Shown: piece after piece, positions 51,888 through 64,000 of the stretch
How the letters are laid out: each line of letters begins with the position of its first letter
How positions within the stretch are numbered: position 1 is the first letter of the stretch
NCBI GenBank assembly: GCA_044892525.1
Contig: CM097885.1
Span: 47,059,727 to 47,123,726, forward strand
Reading direction: 5' to 3'
From: Schmidtea polychroa
Taxonomy: Eukaryota
DNA length: 64,000 nt
The notes under the pieces: model-generated
Database searches by the model: none
What the model was told of the DNA's origin: nothing
What the model saw: only the letters and a program-made list of their open reading frames with translations
Made by a program: the position numbers and the translations under genes

Positions 51888-54800
51888 ATGGAAAAATACT
51901 ATGGCCAACCCCATAACCGTGTTATTTATTTTGTTTGCCCCATTTGTAATTCCACTGAAAAATTAAATTATTCTAACTTTTATGATCAACATAAAGATCA
52001 TTTAAATCGATTTAATCTTTTGAAGAAAAAACAAATTTTTAAATTACCAAATAATTTCTCAATTAATAAAAGGAAATCTGATTTGCCTATAAGTAACCCT
52101 CGTCCATCTAAAATTAAAAATTTAAATAATAATGATCAAATTATTATTCTCTCGGATTCTGAAGACGATGATGTAGTTTTAAATAATATGGTAACTCTTC
52201 CTGATTTTGAAAATGATGTGGATATAGATTTTCTATCTGACTCTCAAAATGGAGTTGATATAATAACTCTTTCTGACTCTGATGCCGAAATAATTAATGA
52301 TAGTACGATACAATATGGTGGATCATTAGAACCGGTTGTAAATTATGATTTACGTAAATCACATGCCATAGTTAAAATGATGGTTGAAAATTTAAATTTA
52401 AATTCTTTAACCGTACCCACGCCCTTAATTAATAAATTTAATAACGTTACCAGAGAAATGGGTTCTGTAAAGATTCAATTTTGTATAGAAGTGGAATTTG
52501 AAAAAGATGGAGAATTTCAATCTTTCGTCATTTCAAATTCTGCAAGACCCATGAGTGATACCTTTTTAGATGAAGGTATTGCTATTCTCAATGAGAAAAT
52601 TACTTTAATTAATGAAAAGGGAAGTAATTGGATTATTAATAAAATTAAAGAAATACATTTTGTTATTACAAAATTTTCTCAAATAAGTAGATTGAGTGGG
52701 AGGGGTTCTCTACCAACTCCTAAATCATTATTAAATAAACATTGCGTAATAAATATTAACAATACGGATGATTTGTATTTCATCTATAGCATTTTGGCTA
52801 TTTTGAAATACGATGACGTTGATGGCAATCATAGAAATCGAATTAGTAATTATAATTTGTCTGATCTAGTCTTTGATCCTTCTGACTTACCGATGCGTCT
52901 CTGTAATATACCTAAATTTGAAGATAAAAATCCAGGGCTTTCGATTAATGTTCTTGCATACGATGAGGATGCTTAAGTGGATATTTTAAATAATTCTGAA
53001 GTATTAAAACATCCTTATGTTGACATCATACATAGATCGAAAGTTGTAGGCGGAAGACCGATTAATTTAATTTTGTTGGAAAGCAGTGATTCTTTTCATT
53101 ATATAGGAGTCACTAATCTTGATAGACTTTTAAATTGTCGTAATTCTACTGTTACTAGTACTCGAATTCAAAGTCTGTGGTGTAATCGCTGTTTAAATGG
53201 CTTCCGTACACTTGAATCTTTAGATAAACATAAAGGTTTATGTGAGAAAAATCAATTAGGAACAACTTTATATACTTTACCATTAAATAAGAATTTATAT
53301 TTTAATGATTGGTCTAAAACAGTTACTCCCCCTTTTGTGGTTTACGCTGACTTTGAGGCTATCTTACCTACTGATAATAGATATTTTCAAAGGCACTTGC
53401 CGATTTCTGCAGGTCTTTTGCTAATAAATAATTTCACAGGGACTAAATTATATAAAAGTTTTTTAGGGTTAGATTGTATTGTTAGTTTCCTTAAAGAGAT
53501 TGAAAAAATTGGTATGAAAACAGTTTTACCTTATTTTTATAAAAATTCGAAAAAGAAAATTATTTTTACAGATGCTGACCTTATTTCTTTTTCTTCCGCA
53601 GTTATGTGTTATCTTTGCAAGAAAACTTTAGTAAACCCGACTAAAGATCATGATCACTTTACTGGTAAATATTTGGGAGCAGCTTGTTCAACTTGTAATA
53701 ATTCTCGTCAAATAAGATATGAATTTCCAATTGTTTTCCATAACTTGCGAGGGTATGATCTTCATCATATCCTCAAATACGGATTGAGTAGCTTTAAATC
53801 TTGGAATATTTCATGCATTCCAACGACAACTGAAAAGTTCTTAACATTATCTGCGAGAATAGGTGGTTTAAATATTAAATTTATCGATTCCTGCCAATTT
53901 ATTAATAGTTCGTTAAATGACGCTGTTAAAACTCTTACTAATTTACCGATAACACGATCAGAATTTAGGGGAACCATTGTTAATAATAAAGGAATTTTCC
54001 CATATAATTTTGCCACTAGTCTTGAAGTGCTTCAGTCAACTCCCCAATTACCGCCAATTTGGGATGGTGTTACTGAAGACGAATATTCTATGGCTGAAAT
54101 TATATGGAGGGAAACCAACTGTAATAACCTTTGTGATTATATGATGGTCTATCTAAAACTAGATGTCTTTCTTTTAGCTGACTTTTTCCAGCAGTTTCGA
54201 AATAAATCTTTAGCTCATAATCGTCTTGAACCTTTAAACTTCTTGGGCATTCCCGGTATGTCTTGGAATTCAGCTCTGATGACTTTAGACGAACCCATCG
54301 AGTTGATTCAAGACATGGAGATGTTTAATTTCTTTGAGGGTGGTATAAGAGGGGGGTTGACATTTGTAAACAAACATTATGTTAATACAAATGAAAATAC
54401 TGAACTTCTATATATCGATATTAATTATTTGTACGGCTGGGCTCTTAGCCAAAAACTACCTAGGGGTGAATTTTCTTGGGTGACGGATGAGCCTGAATTA
54501 ATTAATTTATTAAAACACTGTGAATCTATTGATCTAGATTCACTTTCATATGGGTATACTATGGAAGTGGATCTAGATATTCCAACATCTATTCACGATA
54601 AACTTAATGATTTTCCGGTTGCAGCTGAAAAAATGTGTGCTCCAGGATCTAAAGTGGAGAAGTTGATGCTTACACATTTAACCAAGAAGAACTATGTTCT
54701 TCATTGGAAACATCTACAACTTTATCTTTCTCTTGGAGTAAAAGTTACTCAAATTCACAGGGCTATCAAATTTCATCAGTCTACTATATTCAAAAATTAC

Positions 54801-55778
54801 ATTGACACAAACACCCAACTTCGAGCTGTGTCAACAAATACTCTTGATAAAAACTATTTTAAGCTTCTTAACAATAGTTTATATGGAAAGACAGTCGAAA
54901 ATTTGAAGAAACGATTGAACTTGAGATTGTGTAACTCAGCTTCTAAACTGATTACTTATTCCTCTAAACCCACATTTAAAAAGACTTATAAAATAGATCA
55001 TGACTTAATAGCCGTTCTATTAAATAAGGATTCAGTGTGTTTGGATAGACCTAGTTACATTGGTCAATCTGTACTGGATCTATCCAAATTACGTATGTAT
55101 CAGTTGCAATATATTGATTTACAAAAATATCGAGATGATTTTAGCTGTGAAATCAATATTATTGCAGGTGACACTGATTCCTTCTTTTTAGAGGTTAAAG
55201 GATGCAAATTAGATGTGCTTTTACCAGCTATGGTAAGAGATAACATGCTGGATACATCGAATTATGATTCATCTCATGAATTATATTCAAGAGCTCTTGA
55301 TTCCGTCATTGGTAAATTCAAAGATGAAAATAAAGGGGGTAGATATAAGGAATGGGTGTTTTTAAGGCCTAAATGCTATAGTCTTTTGAGTGATAAAGAG
55401 AGCAACAAGGCTAAGGGAATAACTTTGAAGGGTACCGACTTAAAACATCAATCGTACCTTGATTGTTATCATAATAATTCGATGATTTCAGTACCACAAT
55501 CTCGAATAGTAAGTAAAAATCATCAGTTATTTACAATAAAAAATATAAAATTAGCCCTAACTAATAATGATGATAAGAGGCATTGGGTAAATAAAAATGA
55601 AAGTCTAGCATATGGTCATTATAAAATACTTAACACGGTTATGGGTCATAGTAACAATGCTCAAGTTAGTGATCCGGACGAAGAAAATGATCAATACGTT
55701 CAACCATATTTCCCAAATGATGATTATGGTCACCCACACTTTCCATATGAAAGGGAACATCAATATGTTCTTGAATAA
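51888..55778 (+). pseudogene. Protein-primed family B DNA polymerase (pPolB, ~1296 codons) with one in-frame stop
   Basis: Exo I YADFE, endonuclease-VII-like insert CYLC..DHDHFTGKYLGAACSTCN, Exo II FHNLRGYD, Exo III YLKLDV, polymerase motifs YIDINYLYG, KLLNNSLYGK, GDTDS and LRPKCY. TAA at 52974-52976 separates two in-frame ORFs. Confidence 0.96.
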
Positions 55779-55832
55779 ATTTTGTATTGAAATAAAATTT
55801 ATTTAACATAATTATTGTTTTAGTTCTTATTT

Positions 55833-56618
<786 letters not shown>

Positions 56619-56624
56619 CTCAGT

Positions 56625-59230
56625 GAGATACATCTTATACTTTAGAAATCTGAAAAGTGGAAGAAAAATTAAAAACTGCACACAAACGCAAAGCATATTA
56701 AAATACACATACAGAGTTTTGATTCGTAGAAATGTAACCATGAGATACGTTTCTATAATAATTCTATTTTAGACAATTTTTAGAAAAAAAAGATCGTTGA
56801 AAATTTTTAAAATTATATTTTTAATGAAAATATCAAGAGCAGATGAATTTGGTTCAATATCCTTTTACTCCAGATTTGATTTCCTTAAAGAATCGCCTCA
56901 TATTGAGTTCAGAAAAAAATTACAAAAATTATTCTAATCAGCGATTTTTCGCAAAATGTTTTAAAAAAATACATATTTTTGGGGATTTATTTATTTAATT
57001 AATTATAATTAAAAACATATCTGACTCACGTTTTTTCGAAATAATTCCAAAATACTTTAATAAAAGACATAAAATTCCTAAAAAAGCCTGAAAATTAATT
57101 TAAAAAAATTTATAATTATATTGTTGATTAAAAGTAATATTTAAGAACTTGAATAATGATCTCATATCCATATGCATCAAAATTCAAGTCTTAAAATTTA
57201 CTTTAAATAAAAAAGATTGCTTGTAAGCCATTTGTAAAATGGCCAAAATAAATTTCCAAAAAACATAATTGATTGCTTGATTTGCTGATGATGATGATTT
57301 ACAATTGGTAAATAAATTGGTGAGTGATTTTACACGCCAACCACCACTATAGAGAATGTATCTCAGTGGTGTTTGGCATACACCCGTTTGCGAAATAAAA
57401 CATAGCCTATAATCTTTAAAAAATCAATAAATATATATTATAGGAACACACAAACTTACCTGTGTGTAAATATTTAATGCTGCGAAAGTTAACATATTTA
57501 TTATAGGAATCTAAAAAGTGAGAGAAAATAATTAATCATACAAACACAGCACACATAATGAAAAATACATACAAAATTAATAAAGTGTTTTTTTGGCGAA
57601 ATTAACATTGATTAACATATAATTAACATATTAATATTTTCAAATTATTTAAAAAGTTATGCACAAAAAACTTTTGAATCAGATTCCGACTGCTCAACCT
57701 TGATCTTTAGAGAAAAAAACAAAATACATCGTAAGATTTAATTATAAAATAATTTAGAATATAAAATTTCTTTAGATTTACAGATATTGAAGAAGGTCCT
57801 TCGACATCTTTGAATTTGGGGGAAAAATCGCAAATCGTAAATTTTAATAAATTATTTTAACAAATTAATATTTTCATAGAATTACAGAAAAAGACAAAAT
57901 TCGAAAGAAGATTACAAAAACTTAAAAAACTATTTTATCCATTCTTTCCTAAATGTCTTAAAAAAATAAATGTTTACATTATTTATTTATAATTACATAA
58001 AATATCTAACTTACATTTTTGCGAAATAAATCCAAATAAATCCAAATAAAATATCATAAAATTCCTAAAAAACACCTGAAATTTAATTATTAATATATTA
58101 TATTATAAATGCTGACTTGAACTTGAATAATGATCTCATAATTATATAAAATCAAAATTCAAGTCCTAAAAATTACTTTAATTCAAAAACTTACCTTAAA
58201 ACGATTTTTGAAAAATTGAATAAATGAAATTAAGTTAACATTGTCATATAATTGGTGACTCACCTCAACTAGTGTGCACACCAACGTATACACCTAAATC
58301 CAGAATATAAAAGTTTCTATAATCTAAAAAAATCGATAAAATTATACTATAGCAACACACAAACTTACCTGTGTGCAAAAATTTAATGTTCCGAATGTTA
58401 AAAGTTTTATTATAGGAATTGAGAAAGTGACAGAAAAATAATTTTACATACAAACACAGCACACATAATATAAAATACACGTAAATTTAATATAGCTTTT
58501 TTTATTCCGAAAGTAGAAAGTCATTAACATATTGTTAATATATCATTATTTTTAATATATTAAAATTCATGGCAGAAAAAATTTTGGATTTTCAATCGGA
58601 TAACTCTACTTTGAGTTTTCAATAAAAGGACGACAAAACATCGTAAAATTTATTTATAAAATATTTTTGAAGTTATTATTTTTTTAGATTTTTAGATATT
58701 TTTCTGGAAAAAAATTCAAAAATCGTAAATTTTTATAACTTGTATAGAAAAATAATAATTTCATAGAATTACATAAAATGACAAAATTCGCCATATAAAT
58801 GAGCTGGATAAAGAACATTACAAAAACTTAAAAAACTACTCCGCTTCTTTCTTAAATGTCTTAAAAAAATAAATGTTTTTGGTGATTTCTTTATTTTATT
58901 CATAGTTAAAAATATTAATCTAACTTACATTTTATTGAAATAATTCCAAATAAATAAATAGTCATAAAAATCCTATAAAAATCCTGAAAATTAATTAAAA
59001 ATAATTTATAATCAAAATGTTGACTACAAGTAACATTTAAAAGCTTGAATAGTGATCTCATAATTTTATAAAATCAAAATTCAAACCTTAAAAGTTACTT
59101 AAATTAAAAAAAACTTACTTGTAAAATTGAATAAATGAAATGAAGTAAATAACTTCACATTCTCATAAATGGTGAGTCATCAACTGATGAACACACCAAC
59201 ATGTATTATAGAGACTTTTAACATCTGGAA
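56625..59230. repeat. Diverged tandem array, ~0.9-1 kb unit
   Basis: Recurrent blocks such as CATAAAATTCCTAAAAAA..CCTGAAA (~57070, ~58055, ~58965), CTTGAATA(A/G)TGATCTCATA (~57150, ~58120, ~59045) and AACACACAAACTTACCTGTGTG (~57445, ~58355). Confidence 0.75.
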
Positions 59231-60837
59231 TTAGGTGTATTATAGACAATATTAACTTTCGCAAACGGATGTAATTCATTGATTATTTTTTTATATTCTA
59301 GAATCTAGACTATTTTTATCAATTGCAACGCGGTGTAAAACACTTCATGAGGAACAACACTTTTTAATAACAATTTCAGATACACTACCACTGATGAACT
59401 AACAACACTTTTTATTATTAATTTGATAAATAAGCATCTTTTCTTTCTTTAGTAATCTTTTTATTTATCTCTAATTCTAATTTTTAACTTCTAGGTTTCG
59501 ACTTCTGTTCTATTTAATTGGTATATATTGTATATTTATTATTGAATATTTATTGTATATTTAATAAATAATTTTTTAATTTTATTGTTTAGATATTTTC
59601 AACACAATTAATATAATTTGTTAAATCTCACAACAGCAATTTCATTAAAATATATACGTATACCCCACGGGCTGGTTAAAAAATAGTAAATGAACTCAAA
59701 GCACGTATATCCTTAAATGGCTTAAACACTTTCAAGTTTATGTCGATCTAATAAAAGAATGTAATAAAAATATAAACTAAAAAACACCTATACGAGATAA
59801 AGATATTTATTTGTTTAATTTTACCAGGTTACAAGGTTATTTTATTAATTATTAACTCTTATATTTAAATTATTTTATAAATTTACAGTTACACTTATTT
59901 TCATAAAATGAATTTATCTGTAAAATCTTTTATTTTATATTTTTATTTGTATTACTCATTTTCAATTTCATTTTTTCTTCGTTTTATTTCAAACTAGATT
60001 TGTTTTAAACACCAGAAAAAGGATTTGCCGAAATTTCGTGTTAAATATATACAAAGATTGAAAACTTTTTACACGAAATATTAATCCAATGCCAAAATCT
60101 GACAAATTAAGACTATAATAGAAATTAATTTATTTAAACTATTCATGAAATTTAATAAAGCCCATAATATCTCTGAAGATTTTCTGTAAATATTAAATTT
60201 TTAGCTTGTTTACTTTGTATTAAATTTGATGAATAATAAATTTCAAACTATTTTACAATTGGAAATTTAGACAGAAAACTAGGGGCTTTGATATTTTCAC
60301 ATTATCAAAAGAACAGTAAATACTTATAAGAATAGAATAATTACAAATTAACAATACTTAACAGCGATGGGTTGCGTTGGGTTATCCTAGTGATGACAAA
60401 CCCTTTTTGGCTAGTGGGCCGTAATTGAGTTAATTTGTTTTAAATCAAATGACTGGTCATACACAATGTGAATAATTAAAAAATTAAAAACAGAATATAT
60501 ATTTGATCTTCTTTAGAGAGAAGAAATTTAAGGAAATAGAAAATGTAAAAGGATAACCTAACTCAGATAACCTAACTTAAGTCTGGGAAAAACCTTCAAG
60601 TATTCAACCAAGTACATCTGCATAGATCAGAATAAATGTTGAAGGTGTTGTTTCACCAGAAAGTACCCTTAGATTACGGAGCTATGTCAATCCTGCAACA
60701 CATAGCAGATATAAGATATAGAAAAGAAGATTCCAGAGAATATCACGGGAATATTGAAATGGACAATTAAGTTGGTTTAACCGTTTGGGGACGGTAGGCC
60801 AGCAGTGCTGGCCACGAATTTTGTTCCAGACGTTCTA

Positions 60838-60944
60838 CAATGTATAATATAAATATATTAAAAAGAGCTTGAAGACTATAAATCAGTAATATATCGATGT
60901 TTTTGATATTCACGAATTTTCGGCACTGCCTTTTTGCAAGTGAA
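60838..60944 (-). repeat. Dispersed hammerhead-like repeat, copy 5
   Basis: Reverse complement reads TTCAC-TTGCAAAAA-GGCAGTGCC-GAAA-ATTC-GTGAA. Confidence 0.65.
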
Positions 60945-62065
60945 TATATATATATATATATATTGATTTATTTTATTTTTTAAAATTATTTTATTTATAC
61001 AATTTTAATGTTTCATAAATCACATTTCTATATTTTATATTTAATCTTTAATTTTTAACTCTTAATTGTTTGGTTTTAATTTAAGTTTAACAACTTTAAA
61101 TTTCATTTTACTTATGAATAATGGATACCTCTTTAAAACGCATATAACAGTTTTCACTTTCACTTTCTCAAATGGGGTTTTAAAATATTTTAAAGACTCC
61201 ATAAATACAGATAAATAATTGTACAATGTATCACTATGAGGCGTTATCTTTTGACGGCCTAGCCTAACCTTTATATTGCAAGGTAACTAAATTTATGAAT
61301 AATAATTAATGATTTTATACTAATATCAAAATTGCTAGCATAAACCAATGTTAAATTTTTTTAAGCTTATGTATTCTGATTTCTATTATATTGAACCTTT
61401 TCACTCTGTAATTAATTATTTCATTAATATTCTTGTGCATTTTATAACTATTTCTCGTGTAATAAACTTTATAAACCTATATGTTCCCCAAATTTTAACA
61501 GTTTTTACAATTATAGTTTGGAATTTTTTAAAAAAATCCGTGACGGAGACCTTTTGATTTTTGGAGTACTTGGATTCATTTATTTTAGAGAAGTTTTAAT
61601 TTCTTATACAACTTATAATTGTCAACTAAAAGATTTATTCATATAATTTATCTTAAAATATGACATTTAAATTAAAACAAAAGTAACTGGGATCAAATTT
61701 ATTATTTGGTTAAAAGACAAATATGTATAAAATTATACTTATTTATATGAAAAAGAAACTATTACTTCACTTAATTGTTGCTGTGTTTCACTTTCAATAA
61801 TTCGAATATTGTCCAATGTCAAACCGTGCCATTGATCCATCCAACAAAAGACCATTCTGTGAAAATTTGTAAAAATTCTTTTCTCTTGCTACATGGAATT
61901 TATAAAAATTATTCTAATAAAAAAAAGCAAATCTTAAAATTTTAGGAACGGAATTAATAATAATTTTTAGCAATAATTATTTATTAATTATTCTTATTAT
62001 TAAAATAATCAATTTGATTGAAATAAAAATTACATGAAATTAGTTTATATTCTGAAAAATAAGAT

Positions 62066-62371
62066 GGTTCCACGACAACTCGTCTACAGGCTTTTGGTCT
62101 ACGACATATCGTCTACTGACACTTGGTCTACTGATACTTGGTCTACCACGACAATTCGTCTACAGACTTTTTGTAAACGATACTTCGTCTACCGACATGT
62201 TGTCTAAAGACTTTTCGTCTGCTTAATATAAAATACGAAACAAAGTAGACGAAGTATCGTTTACCAAAATTGTGTAGACGAATTGTCGTGGTAGACCAAG
62301 TGTCGGTAGACAAAGTGTCAGTATACGATATGTCGTAGACCAAAAGTCTGTAGACGAATTGTCGTGATGCC
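62066..62371. mobile_element. Mutator/foldback-type MITE
   Basis: Long imperfect inverted arms built of GTCTAC subrepeats; perfect 9-bp TSD AAATAAGAT (62057-62065, 62372-62380). Confidence 0.9.
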
Positions 62372-62656
62372 AAATAAGATTATCATATACTTGCTTTCGT
62401 TTAACATGACAGTTTAAAATTACATTAATTTCCAACAAAGTTTATTTTTGACTCGCGTAATTGTCTCTTAAAAAGGCTTGGATTTCTTCATTTCTGTGGA
62501 TTTACTAGTTTCTCAACTCTTCTAGAATAAAATCAGAAGATGAAAATGCCTTCTGATCAGAAGCATTTGAACCTGGAATGCATATGCATTTCAGCACTAT
62601 CTTATTTTAAATTCGGAAATTTACATAATTATTTTTCCAAAGAATTAATGGATTTT

Positions 62657-62863
62657 GGCTATAGTAAACTTCTCGGGGTACATAAATAATTTTTTATTAT
62701 TTATACAAACTTTTGTAAATGATATTTTTTTTTGTAAAGAAAAAAAAATTTTTTATTAATATATAGTTTTGATCGGTGTATTATTGAATTATTATTGTAT
62801 TATTATTTAATTATTAATTAATGAATTTATTTATTTATATACCCCGAGAAGTTTACTATAGCC
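62657..62863. mobile_element. MITE of unassigned superfamily
   Basis: Perfect 24-bp TIR GGCTATAGTAAACTTCTCGGGGTA; no clear TSD. Confidence 0.7.
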
Positions 62864-64000
62864 GTTTTCTTCAAAATTTTCCAAATTTTCTTACAATTTT
62901 AAATTAAATACAGTTTTTTGCAATATATTTTCTTACCCGATGTTAGTTGTTTCAAATTCATTTTATCGAACTTCTCCTCTTTCTTTTTCCTAAGTATTGC
63001 AGAATTTTAAAAAACCAATGTAACAACATATGCCTAATATTTCATATGAGATTCTAAATTTATTCTTTATTTCCCAAACTTTATTATATGAATTCAATGC
63101 CGAATTTTTCTGCAATTAGGTTATAAATATAATTCTTTCTTTGTGATATTACAAAGTTGATGAGTAATAAAGAGTATAGAAAAAGACAGTTTTGTAGTCT
63201 TTGCCTGAAATTGTCGTAGTTGCTTTTTCAAAATGCTTAAGAACCCTTAAAAGTCTTTCTATTACACAAAAAAATTAACTTATTTTGCATACCCAACTTT
63301 AAAAACATCTGTATTTCCGTTTTTATATTTAAAATTAGGCACTTATCTATTATCCAACTGTGTATATTTTTATTATCAAAATTTTATACATTGTACTTGT
63401 GTGTATGTATTTAATATTTTCTCGCATTAAATATTTTTAATTTACTTATTGTCAAAAGAACTTATTTGTTGTTATTTTTGTTAATGACACACACATTTAA
63501 TATTGGTTAATTTTTTATATTATTATGGCTCTTATTTTTGGTCATTAAGACCCTTATTTACTGAGCTTCAGTTTATAAAATTTATGAATCTGTGTATTAA
63601 AACGAAGGAAAATTAAAAATGAATATCAAAGTTATTCATACTAATGAAAAAAAATATATTAATTAGGAAATATATTGGAATTTCTTGATAACGAATTGAT
63701 TCAGATTTATTTTGTGTTCAAAAATTGAATTATTCAAAAAGTGAAAACTGAATTTATAAAATGAGCAATTGTCAAAAAACTTTCATTCCAAATAAAAGAT
63801 TTCACTTTTATTGATAATGGCTTGGAGTTATTATTTGTTAATTATTCCTTCTGTAACACTCATAAAATAAATCTGCTTTCCTTTAATAACATAAATAAAT
63901 GAGGAAACTGCGTTTTATTCTTTTCAACTTTTGTTAGAAAGAAATTTTATTAAATTTTGCTGTTATAAAAAAGATAATTTGGTTATAATATTGCATTAAA

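Noticed and set aside
52974..52976. pPolB TAA as a programmed split between terminal protein and polymerase
   Set aside because: It falls between the Cys-position and His motifs of one putative domain, and the copy has other lesions, so a simple nonsense mutation is more likely.
57450..57560. ACTTACCTG resembling the U1 snRNA 5' end
   Set aside because: No U1 stem-loops or Sm site follow; better read as the reverse complement of a splice donor.
60360..60830. Isolated Helitron-like CTAG end, hAT-like start and piggyBac-like TTAA|CC start with palindrome
   Set aside because: Single termini without partners; too fragmentary to delimit.
62066..62371. Short repeated units resembling a CRISPR array
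   Set aside because: Eukaryotic context, inverted arms, no unique spacers, and a 9-bp TSD indicate a MULE-type MITE.

Overview
Very AT-rich eukaryotic DNA with long (AAT)n/(TA)n microsatellites and 41-51 nt introns, which suggests a planarian-like genome (inference only). No host gene is confidently supported; the window is dominated by mobile DNA. (1) A structurally complete 14.4-kb Polinton/Maverick at 42188-56618 has AGTAGT...ACTACT ends and a 6-bp TSD CTCAGT. It encodes a packaging ATPase, integrase, penton, major capsid, adenain-type protease, pX/pVI-like core proteins and pPolB. The major capsid and pPolB are mutated, and several genes contain mini-introns. (2) A three-level nest at 9119-19005: hAT-type MITE > non-coding Polinton-ended element > full-length defective Ty3/Gypsy. 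(3) Many small hAT, pogo, MULE, Helitron and piggyBac relics, plus a dispersed repeat carrying a hammerhead-ribozyme-like motif. The best candidate for an undescribed system is inside the Polinton. It carries its own minimal TBP-like gene next to a Cys-rich, possibly VLTF3-like gene. A non-canonical TATAAAC box lies upstream of all seven virion/packaging genes (34-50 nt for six, 101 nt for one), while the TBP-like and accessory genes have canonical TATA boxes. This suggests an element-encoded early/late transcription switch.
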